Below are positions 17,719 to 26,464 of a stretch of 42,968 nt of DNA, piece by piece. Made by a program: the position numbers and the translations under genes. The first letter of the stretch is position 1; each line of letters opens with the position of its first letter. The notes beneath the pieces are model-generated. The model ran no database searches. It was not told where the DNA came from and was given only the letters and a program-made list of their open reading frames with translations. The stretch covers positions 1 to 42,968 of the IMG/VR virus record IMGVR_UViG_3300047163_000028, one strand, 5' to 3'. The DNA comes from a virus.

Positions 17719-18135
17719 TTAAGGCTGTCTAGTCCATGTGCCTTTACTATTGTCAATGATCCAAGCAGCAGCTGAGTTTACACCCGAACCAACTATCTTA
17801 AGTTCATCACCAATATTACCAGTAGTGTTTACTGCACCTTTACTAGTGGCAGCAGTGAATGCATTACCAGTAAAGCCGTCAGTACCAGTTGGAGCAACAG
17901 TAACGGTGTTACCGTCACCAACTGCACCGGCTGGACCACCAGAAGTAATTACCTTACCGCCATTTCTAACGATGTAGATATAACCTACTACTGTAGCTGG
18001 TACAGTTACGGTTACACCAGTTGCAATCACGTTCTGGACAATACCACAATCGGCAGCAACTAAGGTTTTGTTTAGAGTAACATCTACCCAAGTTCGGCCA
18101 TCTTGCCCTTTATATAAGGTTGTTGAGTTTGCCAT
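17719..18135 (-). CDS. Gly/Thr/Val-rich small protein, possible capsid decoration protein
   Basis: 138-aa ORF in the capsid block, followed by a terminator. The function is a guess from position. Confidence 0.55.
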   Translation of the reverse strand: MANSTTLYKGQDGRTWVDVTLNKTLVAADCGIVQNVIATGVTVTVPATVVGYIYIVRNGGKVITSGGPAGAVGDGNTVTVAPTGTDGFTGNAFTAATSKGAVNTTGNIGDELKIVGSGVNSAAAWIIDNSKGTWTRQP

Positions 18136-18137
18136 TA

Positions 18138-18677
18138 TTAATTACCTGTACTTTCTTCTTTAGTTTGTGTTTCTGTACTATCTTCAGCTGGAGTTTCTAC
18201 TTCGGGAGTAGCTTCTTCAGTTGGGGCAGTAGCAGGGTTTGCTTGCAATTCTTGTATGCGAGCTAATAGTTCCTCGTTTTTAGCTTCTAATTCTGCAGTA
18301 GCACTTGGTGCTTGTACAGTTGTATCTAATGGGTTAGATGTTGAACCACCTTCTGAAATAGTTGAAGTTAGGTTATACCTAACTGCGTTTGGGTCAAAAC
18401 CTGCTGCAATTATTGTTGCAGGGTCAGACTTTTTAGCATCTTTAGCAGCCTGAGCTTCTTGCATTGCTCGTAGTTCTAAAGCTGTAGGAGGTTCAGCGAC
18501 TTTAGTGTATCCCATTCTTACTAAAGCGTCCTGTTGAGCTGAACTTTGTGCATCAGGCATAACAATTACTTGTTTGCCAGAAGCTGCATGTTCATACACG
18601 CCTGGATCATTGGCAGCTCTTCCATTACTAGGAGTTTCACTAGCACCTGCGCCTTTTGGTAAATCTTTTGGATTCAT
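18138..18677 (-). CDS. Hypothetical acidic Ala/Glu/Thr-rich protein in the capsid block
   Basis: 179-aa ORF immediately downstream of the major capsid gene. Confidence 0.6.
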   Translation of the reverse strand: MNPKDLPKGAGASETPSNGRAANDPGVYEHAASGKQVIVMPDAQSSAQQDALVRMGYTKVAEPPTALELRAMQEAQAAKDAKKSDPATIIAAGFDPNAVRYNLTSTISEGGSTSNPLDTTVQAPSATAELEAKNEELLARIQELQANPATAPTEEATPEVETPAEDSTETQTKEESTGN

Positions 18678-18704
18678 ATTATATATTTCCTATTTAAATT
18701 TCTA

Positions 18705-19538
18705 TTAAGCGATCTGGTGAGTAAATATACCAGTTCCAGTTTGTGATGGGATGAAAGCATCGTAGTAACGACGACCTTCAGCTACAGCACCGTGAATACC
18801 TTGAACATCCGTAAGCACTCGTATCATCTCGAACTTACCAGCATATACCAAACATTTGTTATAGCAGAATAGATAACCTGTATTAGCAGGTAGATAAGAG
18901 GTTGGTACTACTACTATAGTGTTACCAGCAACTTGTCCAATGATACCTTTTTTCATGTCAGCGTAAGCAGTATCACACTGTTTAACGAAGTTCTGATCAA
19001 GCATCAAAAGGTTATAGCTTGAAGCTGGCATAAATACTACACGGCCTTCTGTAGGTACTAGAGCGTCTGTTAGAACAGCTTGAGCAGCTAAGAATTTAGT
19101 GAAAGCATTAGCAGCAGTTAAAGCAGCTGTTGCACTCTGAGAGTTAGCAATAGCATAAGCTTGTAGGGTTGTTAATCGGTACTTATCAACAGTAGGTACT
19201 GAAACTTCACGAATCTGTCTTTTAACAGCTTTGTTAGCTTCAGTTACCATCATGCTGTCTTCCAAGTTACCTTGATCAACAGTGAAGGTAAATGCCTTAT
19301 CTTGCGATAGAATAAATGTTTCCTGTCCATCGCCAAGTTCAACTAGAGAACCAAATCGGTTAGATCCAGCACGTACATAGTTAGATTCAGCAACAACATT
19401 AACATTGTAAATTGTTACGGAGTTTTTTCCGTTGAAATCTAGTCGGATGCCCTTATTGATAACTAAATCAGTTTTAGAGTCTAGGTAGAATCTTTCATCG
19501 ATAGTATCAAGGGTAGCCTGAGCATAGTTTTGTGTCAT
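18705..19538 (-). CDS. Major capsid protein (candidate)
   Basis: 277-aa ORF directly after the scaffold-like gene and upstream of a strong terminator. The call rests on order and composition. Confidence 0.65.
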   Translation of the reverse strand: MTQNYAQATLDTIDERFYLDSKTDLVINKGIRLDFNGKNSVTIYNVNVVAESNYVRAGSNRFGSLVELGDGQETFILSQDKAFTFTVDQGNLEDSMMVTEANKAVKRQIREVSVPTVDKYRLTTLQAYAIANSQSATAALTAANAFTKFLAAQAVLTDALVPTEGRVVFMPASSYNLLMLDQNFVKQCDTAYADMKKGIIGQVAGNTIVVVPTSYLPANTGYLFCYNKCLVYAGKFEMIRVLTDVQGIHGAVAEGRRYYDAFIPSQTGTGIFTHQIA

Positions 19539-19563
19539 CTTTATATTTCTCTTTCTTTAGTGA

Positions 19564-20409
19564 TTAGATGTCGTCGTCGTTCCAGATCTTTTCTAATTCA
19601 CTTATTTGTTTCGCAGGTATATTAGTTTTTGCAGATCGGGTCGGTCCGGCGGCAGATTGTTTTTTCTCAATTCTGGCTCGTTCTTCTTTACGCACCTTAT
19701 CACTTACGGCATCTATGTCAGTTGAATCATCTCCAACCCCTAGTTCGGATATAGCTAGTTTATGCCAGCGTCCGATATTACCAATGAGGAAATTAACCCC
19801 GGCTTGCCCATCTGTTTTAGCAGTTTGAGCTAACAATTCGCCCATCGCATCACTAACTTCTTCCGTTACCGGAGTTTTAGTAGTGCTCATGGCTAAGACA
19901 TATTCAGAAATCTGCCTATTCTGTCGTTCCGTAGTGAGTCCCTGTTTTAATTCAGCGACTTCTTTAGCTAACGGATCGGCATCATCTGCGATTTCGTCCT
20001 TAGCGGTTTCACCAATATTGTCAGCTAATTTCTTAGCTTGTGCAGCTGCTTCTGAACGTTTCGAAAAACTCCGTTGAGAGTTTCTAGCATCCTGCGCCAT
20101 TCTGCGTTCTTTATCAGTCTCCAAAGTACCGTAACCACGGTCTTCAGCCCACTTGTCTAGGTCTTTATCGAAGGTGGGAGTCTTGTCGACTTCATCCGAT
20201 TCCTCTGTATTTGTTTTATCATCAGCAGAGTCTTCGTCTGAGTCTGATGGTGCGTTGTCGTCTTCAGATATTTCATCTTCAACGTCGCTTGTGTCCGCCG
20301 ATTCATCATCTACAATGTCCTGGGAGTGGTCTTCTGCGCTAATATCGAAATCATCGCCAGTACCGCCAGCATCTATTGCAGCGTCATCGGGAGTGGAAAC
20401 TTTGTCCAT
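19564..20409 (-). CDS. Scaffolding protein (candidate), very acidic N-terminus
   Basis: ORF track 19564..20442. Start moved to the ATG at 20409 (MDKVSTPDD), which has AGGAG 7 nt upstream. It has Asp/Glu/Ser runs, a charged helical C-terminal half, and a position between portal and capsid. Confidence 0.55.
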   Translation of the reverse strand: MDKVSTPDDAAIDAGGTGDDFDISAEDHSQDIVDDESADTSDVEDEISEDDNAPSDSDEDSADDKTNTEESDEVDKTPTFDKDLDKWAEDRGYGTLETDKERRMAQDARNSQRSFSKRSEAAAQAKKLADNIGETAKDEIADDADPLAKEVAELKQGLTTERQNRQISEYVLAMSTTKTPVTEEVSDAMGELLAQTAKTDGQAGVNFLIGNIGRWHKLAISELGVGDDSTDIDAVSDKVRKEERARIEKKQSAAGPTRSAKTNIPAKQISELEKIWNDDDI

Positions 20410-20468
20410 TTTATTCTCCTTTATGTTTTGAAAAAGTTGCATAATCCATAATTGGACTAATGTTTAAA

Positions 20469-20849
20469 CTATAGCTTAGGGGTACTACGCCTGTCAATAT
20501 AGTCAAGTATTTCTTGTTGGGCAGCGGCTTTATTTAAGTGCGCTACCCGTTGAGCATCGCTAAGTTCAATTGTTTCCTGAAGTTTAGCACCTTGACCGTT
20601 AATATTTTCCTTATATCCAACACCGTCTTGAGCAAGTTTATTATGATAATCAATAAAACTTTGAGTAACCTTTATAATATTCTGGAATACTGGGTCTTTT
20701 TTAGCCTGCAAATATAGATTATTTAATGTTTTAGTAGCACCTGCAGCCGTCTTAGCTCTAGCTTTATGCTCTTCAACTTTTATTTGTTTAGCAGTTCTAG
20801 TATCTACTTTAGTTTCTTCTGCTACGTCTTCTACGTTTGGTTCTGCCAT
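20469..20849 (-). CDS. Hypothetical protein between portal and scaffold
   Basis: 126-aa ORF with AGGAG upstream of the ATG and a TGATATAAT box upstream. Confidence 0.6.
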   Translation of the reverse strand: MAEPNVEDVAEETKVDTRTAKQIKVEEHKARAKTAAGATKTLNNLYLQAKKDPVFQNIIKVTQSFIDYHNKLAQDGVGYKENINGQGAKLQETIELSDAQRVAHLNKAAAQQEILDYIDRRSTPKL

Positions 20850-20873
20850 TAGTTGCTCCTTTTTTATAATCTA

Positions 20874-20882
20874 ATTATATCA
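20874..20882 (-). promoter_or_regulatory. Extended -10 box TGATATAAT (its TGA is the portal stop codon)
   Basis: The reverse strand reads ttcaTGATATAATtagattataaaaaaggagcaactaATG. Confidence 0.45.
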
Positions 20883-22898
20883 TGAATTAGCGGTTTGCAT
20901 TCCAGCTGGTGGAGCTGCTGGAGTTGGTTGAGGTGGTAAATTAGGTTCAGGCTGGTTATCGGCGTTAGTCAGCGGATTAAGTAAGTCTGCTTGTTTAGCG
21001 CCATGCTGGATAGCATTGGTTTGTTCTGCTATTTCATGCATTGGATCAGGCTGTAACCCAAAGGCTGTTTCAATTTGAGCTTGGTCAAACTCACTAGCAT
21101 ACTGGAAGATAGTTGCCATACCTTGGAGTTTAGCTCGTTCAACATCCATAGCAAGTCGCTTGTCATCTTCTGTAGGCCCTGGGGGAGCTTCTGGTGCTAG
21201 CAACTTATTAAATTCTTCATCGGTGAGAGTTTCATCAATATGTTGCATTTCCCAACGCTTAATTTCAACAGGGTCAAATATACCTTTAGGATCGTCTGCA
21301 AGTATTTGGAATATTTGATTATCTTTTTGTCCCATTTCAATTTGTCTTTTACGAGCTGTAGTAGCAAGTTCTACTTGAGGGTGCCAGGGACCAGTGAATT
21401 TCCATCTATCATATTCATCAAAAGCCGTGCCGTTAGGGGTATTTATAGGCACTGAAGTTGGTTCATCTAAGAATATTTGAGCCATCTTCCATAATATGTC
21501 ACCAAGTTGAGCGTATCCTTCATTTTGTAGGTTATCAATTTTAGTGCTAAATCTATTCTGGGAAGTGGCTGAATTATCGACAACCTCAGTAGCTGTAGTC
21601 CGTCTTGGGTCTGCTGCTGGAGACAACGCTTCGTCAGCACCTGTAGCGCTACGCATCTGAGCGATAACTCTATCCTTCTTTTGGTCTAAGTTGCCAGCAA
21701 TTTCAGCAATCGGTAGTGAACTAATAGCACCTTTAGGTATAGGATAAACGGCACCTGGAATAGTCTCAATTTCTGTAGCTAAATCAGCAAACTGTGGATC
21801 AATTTGGTACATTGGTGTGTTCTGGTAAGCTGTATTGTCAATATCCATGGCTTCATAGTCATTGAGGTCTTCGCCACGATCAGCAATAATAGCGATTTCA
21901 CCTTCACCTAGCATCAAAGATGTATCTACGTAATCCCTAAGTACCGCAAATGGTATAAATGGGTCAATAGCATCTAGGGTTTGTTTACTTTGAATAATCT
22001 TTTGGCCAGTAGGATCAGTTGGGTCAGGGACTGGGACTATCCTAGTAAGTTTTTCCATTTGATAAGGAATATCTTTCTGATAAATAATCTTTTGGCCGTT
22101 AGCCATTTCAATTACTTTGCCAGATATTAAATCATACATAAGAACGACAAATACTTGTTGAGATATGGCTTCATTAACTGGTAATGTAGTGCCATTAAAT
22201 TGATCCTTAAACTGTTTATCCATTTGCTTAGCATCTGCTGGAGTGGCTGGGCCAACATCTGTAAGATCGTATTTAAGCACCATTTTGTTAGTAGCTGCAT
22301 CGTAGACCTTTTCTTGCTCCATCAATGCCTTATTACCTAAATAAGCAAAGCCAGCATAAGTACAGTCGGCCATCGACGTAGCTTGAGGATTGAAAAACCA
22401 ATCTCTTAATGGAATGTTATCAATTTTAGGTTTACCGTCTACCCAGGTAATATGCAAAATACCAGTACCATACTGGAGCATCTCTCGCACCCATTCCTGG
22501 TTGCGCATTCCCATGTTGTTGCACTCAAGCCAATATGCTAGCAATGAATTTAAGGTGTCTGTATTTTCAGTTTGTTCTTCATTAGTTCGTTTGAAATGGA
22601 AAGCAATATCACCACCAGCAATTTCAGCTACTAATAGTTCGATAATTGTAAAAACTTCTGGGATAACAGGGTCAGCTATGCCTTCGTAGTGACGATCAAC
22701 TCGTTGTCGCTTATAAATTCTGAAGTATTTGTCCCAATAGTTTCTATAACTAACGTCTATATACCGCTTAGCGGTTATATACATCTTCTGGGCAGTTGCA
22801 AAATCTAAATTACTGCTTGGCGGCAGCTCGGTGCTCACGCCGTGCTTGCTTGCGTCTGCTGAGGGCTTCTCTATTACTGGTGGTTTTTGTTTGGCCAT
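20880..22898 (-). CDS. Portal protein
   Basis: 672-aa ORF immediately downstream of terL, with typical portal size and position. The start is uncertain: ATG 22898 overlaps terL by 89 nt, and the next in-frame ATG is at 22784. Confidence 0.7.
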   Translation of the reverse strand: MAKQKPPVIEKPSADASKHGVSTELPPSSNLDFATAQKMYITAKRYIDVSYRNYWDKYFRIYKRQRVDRHYEGIADPVIPEVFTIIELLVAEIAGGDIAFHFKRTNEEQTENTDTLNSLLAYWLECNNMGMRNQEWVREMLQYGTGILHITWVDGKPKIDNIPLRDWFFNPQATSMADCTYAGFAYLGNKALMEQEKVYDAATNKMVLKYDLTDVGPATPADAKQMDKQFKDQFNGTTLPVNEAISQQVFVVLMYDLISGKVIEMANGQKIIYQKDIPYQMEKLTRIVPVPDPTDPTGQKIIQSKQTLDAIDPFIPFAVLRDYVDTSLMLGEGEIAIIADRGEDLNDYEAMDIDNTAYQNTPMYQIDPQFADLATEIETIPGAVYPIPKGAISSLPIAEIAGNLDQKKDRVIAQMRSATGADEALSPAADPRRTTATEVVDNSATSQNRFSTKIDNLQNEGYAQLGDILWKMAQIFLDEPTSVPINTPNGTAFDEYDRWKFTGPWHPQVELATTARKRQIEMGQKDNQIFQILADDPKGIFDPVEIKRWEMQHIDETLTDEEFNKLLAPEAPPGPTEDDKRLAMDVERAKLQGMATIFQYASEFDQAQIETAFGLQPDPMHEIAEQTNAIQHGAKQADLLNPLTNADNQPEPNLPPQPTPAAPPAGMQTANS

Positions 22899-24702
22899 TT
22901 GTTCGTTTCTGTGGTTTATAAATATTTACGTTACTTAGATCATACGAGTTCCAGGCAGACATTTGCAAGTTTATTGCTTTTGCCATGATGCAATCGTCGA
23001 ACATGTTTTCCTGCGCTGACGTTTTGCCGTTATCATCACGAACATATGTCATTGCTTCACGAATGAAAACAACATCATAATCTATTATATCACCTTCCCT
23101 TATAGCTTTAACCAATTCGTTTATGGCTACAGGTTTAGTTTTCTTATTAGTAAGCCAACCCATGCGAGTTGTACGTTCTTGGAATTGCTCATCCTCCGAT
23201 GTTTCTCTTTGATAAAGATTCCTATAAAACTTATTACGCAAAGTCTGAACTGTAGAAATTCCATGGTTGTTAACCTCGACACCAACTAATGCAAAATTAT
23301 AATATGTGCCAAGATCATAAACCACTTCACCTAATTGGTCAGGGTCTATATGAGCCCTATAACGTGCAACTGTCTTTAAAGTATCAGTACGCATAACATC
23401 AACTACACTAAAGTCAGTCTGGTCTTTTTCACCTGTCCCTTTTTCCAGCCCATCGGCTACGTCCACGCCTATGGTGTATTTAATCCCTTTCACGGGAAGT
23501 TCCCAAACCTTTAAAGGGGTTGGTTCATCAATATCAGATAATCTAGGCACTCGTTCAAACCCATATTTAGGTATGCCAGTCTCTGAATTAGGAATTAGTT
23601 TAACAATTCCAAATGTGGGGGCATTTTGTTCCAACCTAGCTAATTCTTCCATCTTAATCAATTTTCTAATATCAAATACTGGTCTACCAGAAGCTAGGAA
23701 AGCTTCCATGTCATCTTTGGGATATTCTTGGTAAAACTTGTCTGGTTCAGACCTAAATTCTTTTCTCTTTTCACGCCGCCAGACTAACTTTGGGTCCCAA
23801 GTATCTTTGGCATAGCCCAATTTTTCAAATATTTCCAGTAACTCCTGTTCTTCTTCATCATATACAGCTATTTTACCGGGTATCATATATTCTGGGTGTT
23901 CATGCCAAGCAAAAAACAACGGCTTAAAGGCTGATTCACCCTTTTTAGCGAACTGCCATTCATCATAGAAATAACCACCAACACCATTTGCAGTAGATTC
24001 CAAAAACGCAAAGGTTTCAGGAAATAAAGGAATGGCTTGCAAGGCAGAACTCAAAACATCTGAGCCTTTATCCCAGAAAGCTACCTCAGAACCATGGAAA
24101 AATAAGATGGTATCAGATCTACCTTCACCTTCACCAGCAACCATGGTCTGAATTTCACTACCAAGCCCCGGCATTTCATTAGCAGTTAAACCTTGAGAGA
24201 TATAATTTTCTTTTACATCATCAGTGATGTCGAAAGTTAGATCATCCTTGGTGTTGTATTTCCTAGTCGGCCTAAAGTATTGGTGGGCATTATCATAGAA
24301 TCTACGAAACATCTTATATAGGTTCTTAGCAGCTTTTTTCTTATGGCCAATAATGACTGAGTTAACATTCTTATGGGTTGTAGTCCACCAAAAACAAAGA
24401 GCTTCAATAATGGTGGATAGTCCCATTTGTCTGGCCTTTAAAATAATGTAGCGAACTGGTACACCGTCATGCAAATCTTTTAAAACTCGTTCAACTAGAA
24501 TCCGCTGCGCCCAGTTAGGCACAAGGGGTACCATTTGACCACGCTTATCTTTAATCATGAGGTTACGTTCACAATATATATAAAAGTCTGCTGCAATTAC
24601 CTTAATTGCTGCTTTAGCAGCTTCATCGGGCGCTAATGTTTCATACTTCGGTATTCGGGATCTTACCAGAGTTCTGGTGACTTCGCTGAGTTCTTGGGCC
24701 AT
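22810..24702 (-). CDS. terL: Terminase large subunit
   Basis: 630 aa. ATPase-type segment ILKARQMGLSTIIEAL. C-terminal RNase H-like nuclease acidic motifs (IGVDVADG, TDFSVVDV). Located upstream of the portal gene. Confidence 0.85.
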   Translation of the reverse strand: MAQELSEVTRTLVRSRIPKYETLAPDEAAKAAIKVIAADFYIYCERNLMIKDKRGQMVPLVPNWAQRILVERVLKDLHDGVPVRYIILKARQMGLSTIIEALCFWWTTTHKNVNSVIIGHKKKAAKNLYKMFRRFYDNAHQYFRPTRKYNTKDDLTFDITDDVKENYISQGLTANEMPGLGSEIQTMVAGEGEGRSDTILFFHGSEVAFWDKGSDVLSSALQAIPLFPETFAFLESTANGVGGYFYDEWQFAKKGESAFKPLFFAWHEHPEYMIPGKIAVYDEEEQELLEIFEKLGYAKDTWDPKLVWRREKRKEFRSEPDKFYQEYPKDDMEAFLASGRPVFDIRKLIKMEELARLEQNAPTFGIVKLIPNSETGIPKYGFERVPRLSDIDEPTPLKVWELPVKGIKYTIGVDVADGLEKGTGEKDQTDFSVVDVMRTDTLKTVARYRAHIDPDQLGEVVYDLGTYYNFALVGVEVNNHGISTVQTLRNKFYRNLYQRETSEDEQFQERTTRMGWLTNKKTKPVAINELVKAIREGDIIDYDVVFIREAMTYVRDDNGKTSAQENMFDDCIMAKAINLQMSAWNSYDLSNVNIYKPQKRTNGQTKTTSNREALSRRKQARREHRAAAKQ

Positions 24703-24968
24703 TCTTCTTTTCCTAATCTTTTTGCTGTTAATGGGTCTAATGGATATGCCTGATTATACTCGTCAACTAAATCAGGTGTAAGTTTATTAGGCTCTTTTAA
24801 TTTCTGTTGCTTCTTAATAAGCGCCCAGGCCATAATACCGGCTGCATTGTCTAGTGCTAATTGGAAAAATTTAGATTTATTTTCTATTTCAGAAAGCAGC
24901 TTTAGTTGGCGAGCTGGAATCGATATTAGAACCTTCTTTGATTTTCTCTTTTGGGGCTTTCTCGGCAT
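24663..24968 (-). CDS. Small DNA-binding protein (ribbon-helix-helix-like), small terminase candidate by position
   Basis: ORF track 24663..25022. The ATG at 24968 (MPRKPQKRKSKKVLISIPARQLKLL) follows GGAGG. It overlaps terL by 40 nt. Alternative starts exist at 24986 and 25022. Confidence 0.45.
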   Translation of the reverse strand: MPRKPQKRKSKKVLISIPARQLKLLSEIENKSKFFQLALDNAAGIMAWALIKKQQKLKEPNKLTPDLVDEYNQAYPLDPLTAKRLGKEEWPKNSAKSPELW

Positions 24969-25821
24969 TACTATTATTGCCTCCATAATATAATTTAAAT
25001 GTGGCTTTACGCCATGGGTCATTTACTTTTGATTTGATAATTTCTGCTGTGACTTCATGGCCTTTGAATGGAGGCCCAGTTTTCGGAAAACGAGCACCTT
25101 TAGTTGTTTTAAGAGCCACCATAAGACTGGCTCCGTAAGGTACACCCATTCCTCCTGGTGTGTATTTTGTCGGGACATAACCACCTATAATCTCTCTTTC
25201 CTGATTAATTATTACCAATGCTGTGTTGGTTCGTTTAAGTTCCATAGGGACTATTCTCATTAACTTATTAACTATCTTAGCCTTCTGACCAATATTAGAA
25301 TCAGCCGCATTATTAGCAGCCTCAGTTCGGAATGTGGTAGCAGCTAGGGAATCGAGAATAATCATGTCATAACGAGCATGTTCGACAGCTGCAATAATAA
25401 TTTCATAAATATCTTCAATGAAAGCTGAACTGTTATATAAAGTAAAGTTCTTGGCTTCTACTTCCAGATCCACTAACAGTTGAGGGTTTAAGGCTGCCTC
25501 GGTATCAATATAGAGCACTCTGTGGCCTTTTAATCCTTTAATCATATTGAGACATAAGGTTGTCTTGCCAACGGCATAGGGGCCTTGTATTTGAGTCACC
25601 CGTCCACGGGGGATCTGGGTAAGAGTATCAAACTCAGGTATACCAGTAGTGATCCACTGTACTTCTTCCATGCCCATCTTTTTAAAAGCGGCTAGATTTT
25701 TAACAGCATCATATACATCATCTTCACGAGCAGCAGCTACTCGACATTTATCAGAACAATACTTAGCAGTTTCCCGTTTAGCCTCAAATTCTATGCGGCA
25801 ATTAGCACAATACTTCTTCAT
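24889..25821 (-). CDS. RecA/RadA-family recombinase-like ATPase with an N-terminal zinc ribbon
   Basis: CANCRIEFEAKRETAKYCSDKCR zinc ribbon, Walker A GPYAVGKTTL, Walker B-like MIILDS, and overall RecA-core-like order. Confidence 0.75.
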   Translation of the reverse strand: MKKYCANCRIEFEAKRETAKYCSDKCRVAAAREDDVYDAVKNLAAFKKMGMEEVQWITTGIPEFDTLTQIPRGRVTQIQGPYAVGKTTLCLNMIKGLKGHRVLYIDTEAALNPQLLVDLEVEAKNFTLYNSSAFIEDIYEIIIAAVEHARYDMIILDSLAATTFRTEAANNAADSNIGQKAKIVNKLMRIVPMELKRTNTALVIINQEREIIGGYVPTKYTPGGMGVPYGASLMVALKTTKGARFPKTGPPFKGHEVTAEIIKSKVNDPWRKATFKLYYGGNNSNAEKAPKEKIKEGSNIDSSSPTKAAF

Positions 25822-25952
25822 AGTAGGGTGAAGCCACTACTTCCAATGTTGTCCTGTCCAGTCACCCAATTAGTCCAAACCATTATCCCAAGTATCACAA
25901 AAAACCCTATAGTCATCAACAATAATTGTCGGTCTGGGTTATTAAAACTCAT
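25818..25952 (-). CDS. 44-aa single-TM peptide (below the ORF-track cutoff)
   Basis: Hand-translated as MSFNNPDRQLLLMTIGFFVILGIMVWTNWVTGQDNIGSSGFTLL. Its TGA overlaps the ATG of the RecA-like gene (ATGA). Confidence 0.4.
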   Translation of the reverse strand: MSFNNPDRQLLLMTIGFFVILGIMVWTNWVTGQDNIGSSGFTLL

Positions 25953-25956
25953 ACTC

Positions 25957-25998
25957 TTAGCGTAACACGATAGCGTGACAAACACAAGTTAGCGTAAC
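25957..25998. promoter_or_regulatory. Cluster of TTAGCGTAAC motif copies
   Basis: Exact TTAGCGTAAC at 25957..25966 and 25989..25998, and variant TAGCGTGAC at 25971..25979. The cluster is upstream (on the - strand) of the RecA-like/terminase operon. Confidence 0.5.
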
Positions 25999-26312
25999 GG
26001 ATGTTCAGAGTGCCACTTCAATAAGTCCTCTGGCATCTCAGCTATCACCTGTTCCTCGAACCCTTCTTTAACAGCTTCGGGTAAGGTTTGGTGGTCTTTC
26101 AATCTAAAACCATTCATGGCTAGTAATCGTAGCACTTTAGGCGATACAATCTGCGGTAATACTGTAGTTTCACCGTTAACTATCGCAACCATTCCTAAAT
26201 GGTTATATGCAGGATTGGGGTAGATATTTATAACAGAATTTTCAGGGCTTATTGAAAACCCATTTAACTCAAAACAATCTGAAGGCTCACCCTCAAATGG
26301 TACCATCGACAT
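25989..26312 (-). CDS. Hypothetical protein
   Basis: ORF track 25989..26330. The ATG at 26312 (MSMVPFEG) has AGGAG 6 nt upstream. Alternative start at 26330. Confidence 0.55.
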   Translation of the reverse strand: MSMVPFEGEPSDCFELNGFSISPENSVINIYPNPAYNHLGMVAIVNGETTVLPQIVSPKVLRLLAMNGFRLKDHQTLPEAVKEGFEEQVIAEMPEDLLKWHSEHPLR

Positions 26313-26463
26313 GATAGACTCCTGGTTCATCTGGTGGTGGTAATGCTAATTCTCGCTCTAATGAATCATCGAACCTAATAGCAAGAACAGCCAACTGTAG
26401 ACTTATTTCAGCTCGTTTGTTTCGCTCAAAATTAACTAGTATTTCATGAGCTTTAGGGTGCAT
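26293..26463 (-). CDS. 56-aa hypothetical protein (below the ORF-track cutoff)
   Basis: Hand-translated as MHPKAHEILVNFERNKRAEISLQLAVLAIRFDDSLERELALPPPDEPGVYHVDGTI. It fills the gap between two co-oriented genes. Confidence 0.4.
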   Translation of the reverse strand: MHPKAHEILVNFERNKRAEISLQLAVLAIRFDDSLERELALPPPDEPGVYHVDGTI

Positions 26464-26464
26464 A

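Noticed and set aside
15561-25831. Other embedded ORFs: 15561..15758 (-), 16144..16386 (-), 17738..17977, 18256..18453, 19568..19828, 19883..20077, 20153..20431, 21240..21455, 22390..22689, 23471..23734, 25057..25263 and 25649..25831
   Set aside because: Each is nested in, or antisense to, a longer gene with recognisable function or operon context. None has an RBS or independent support.
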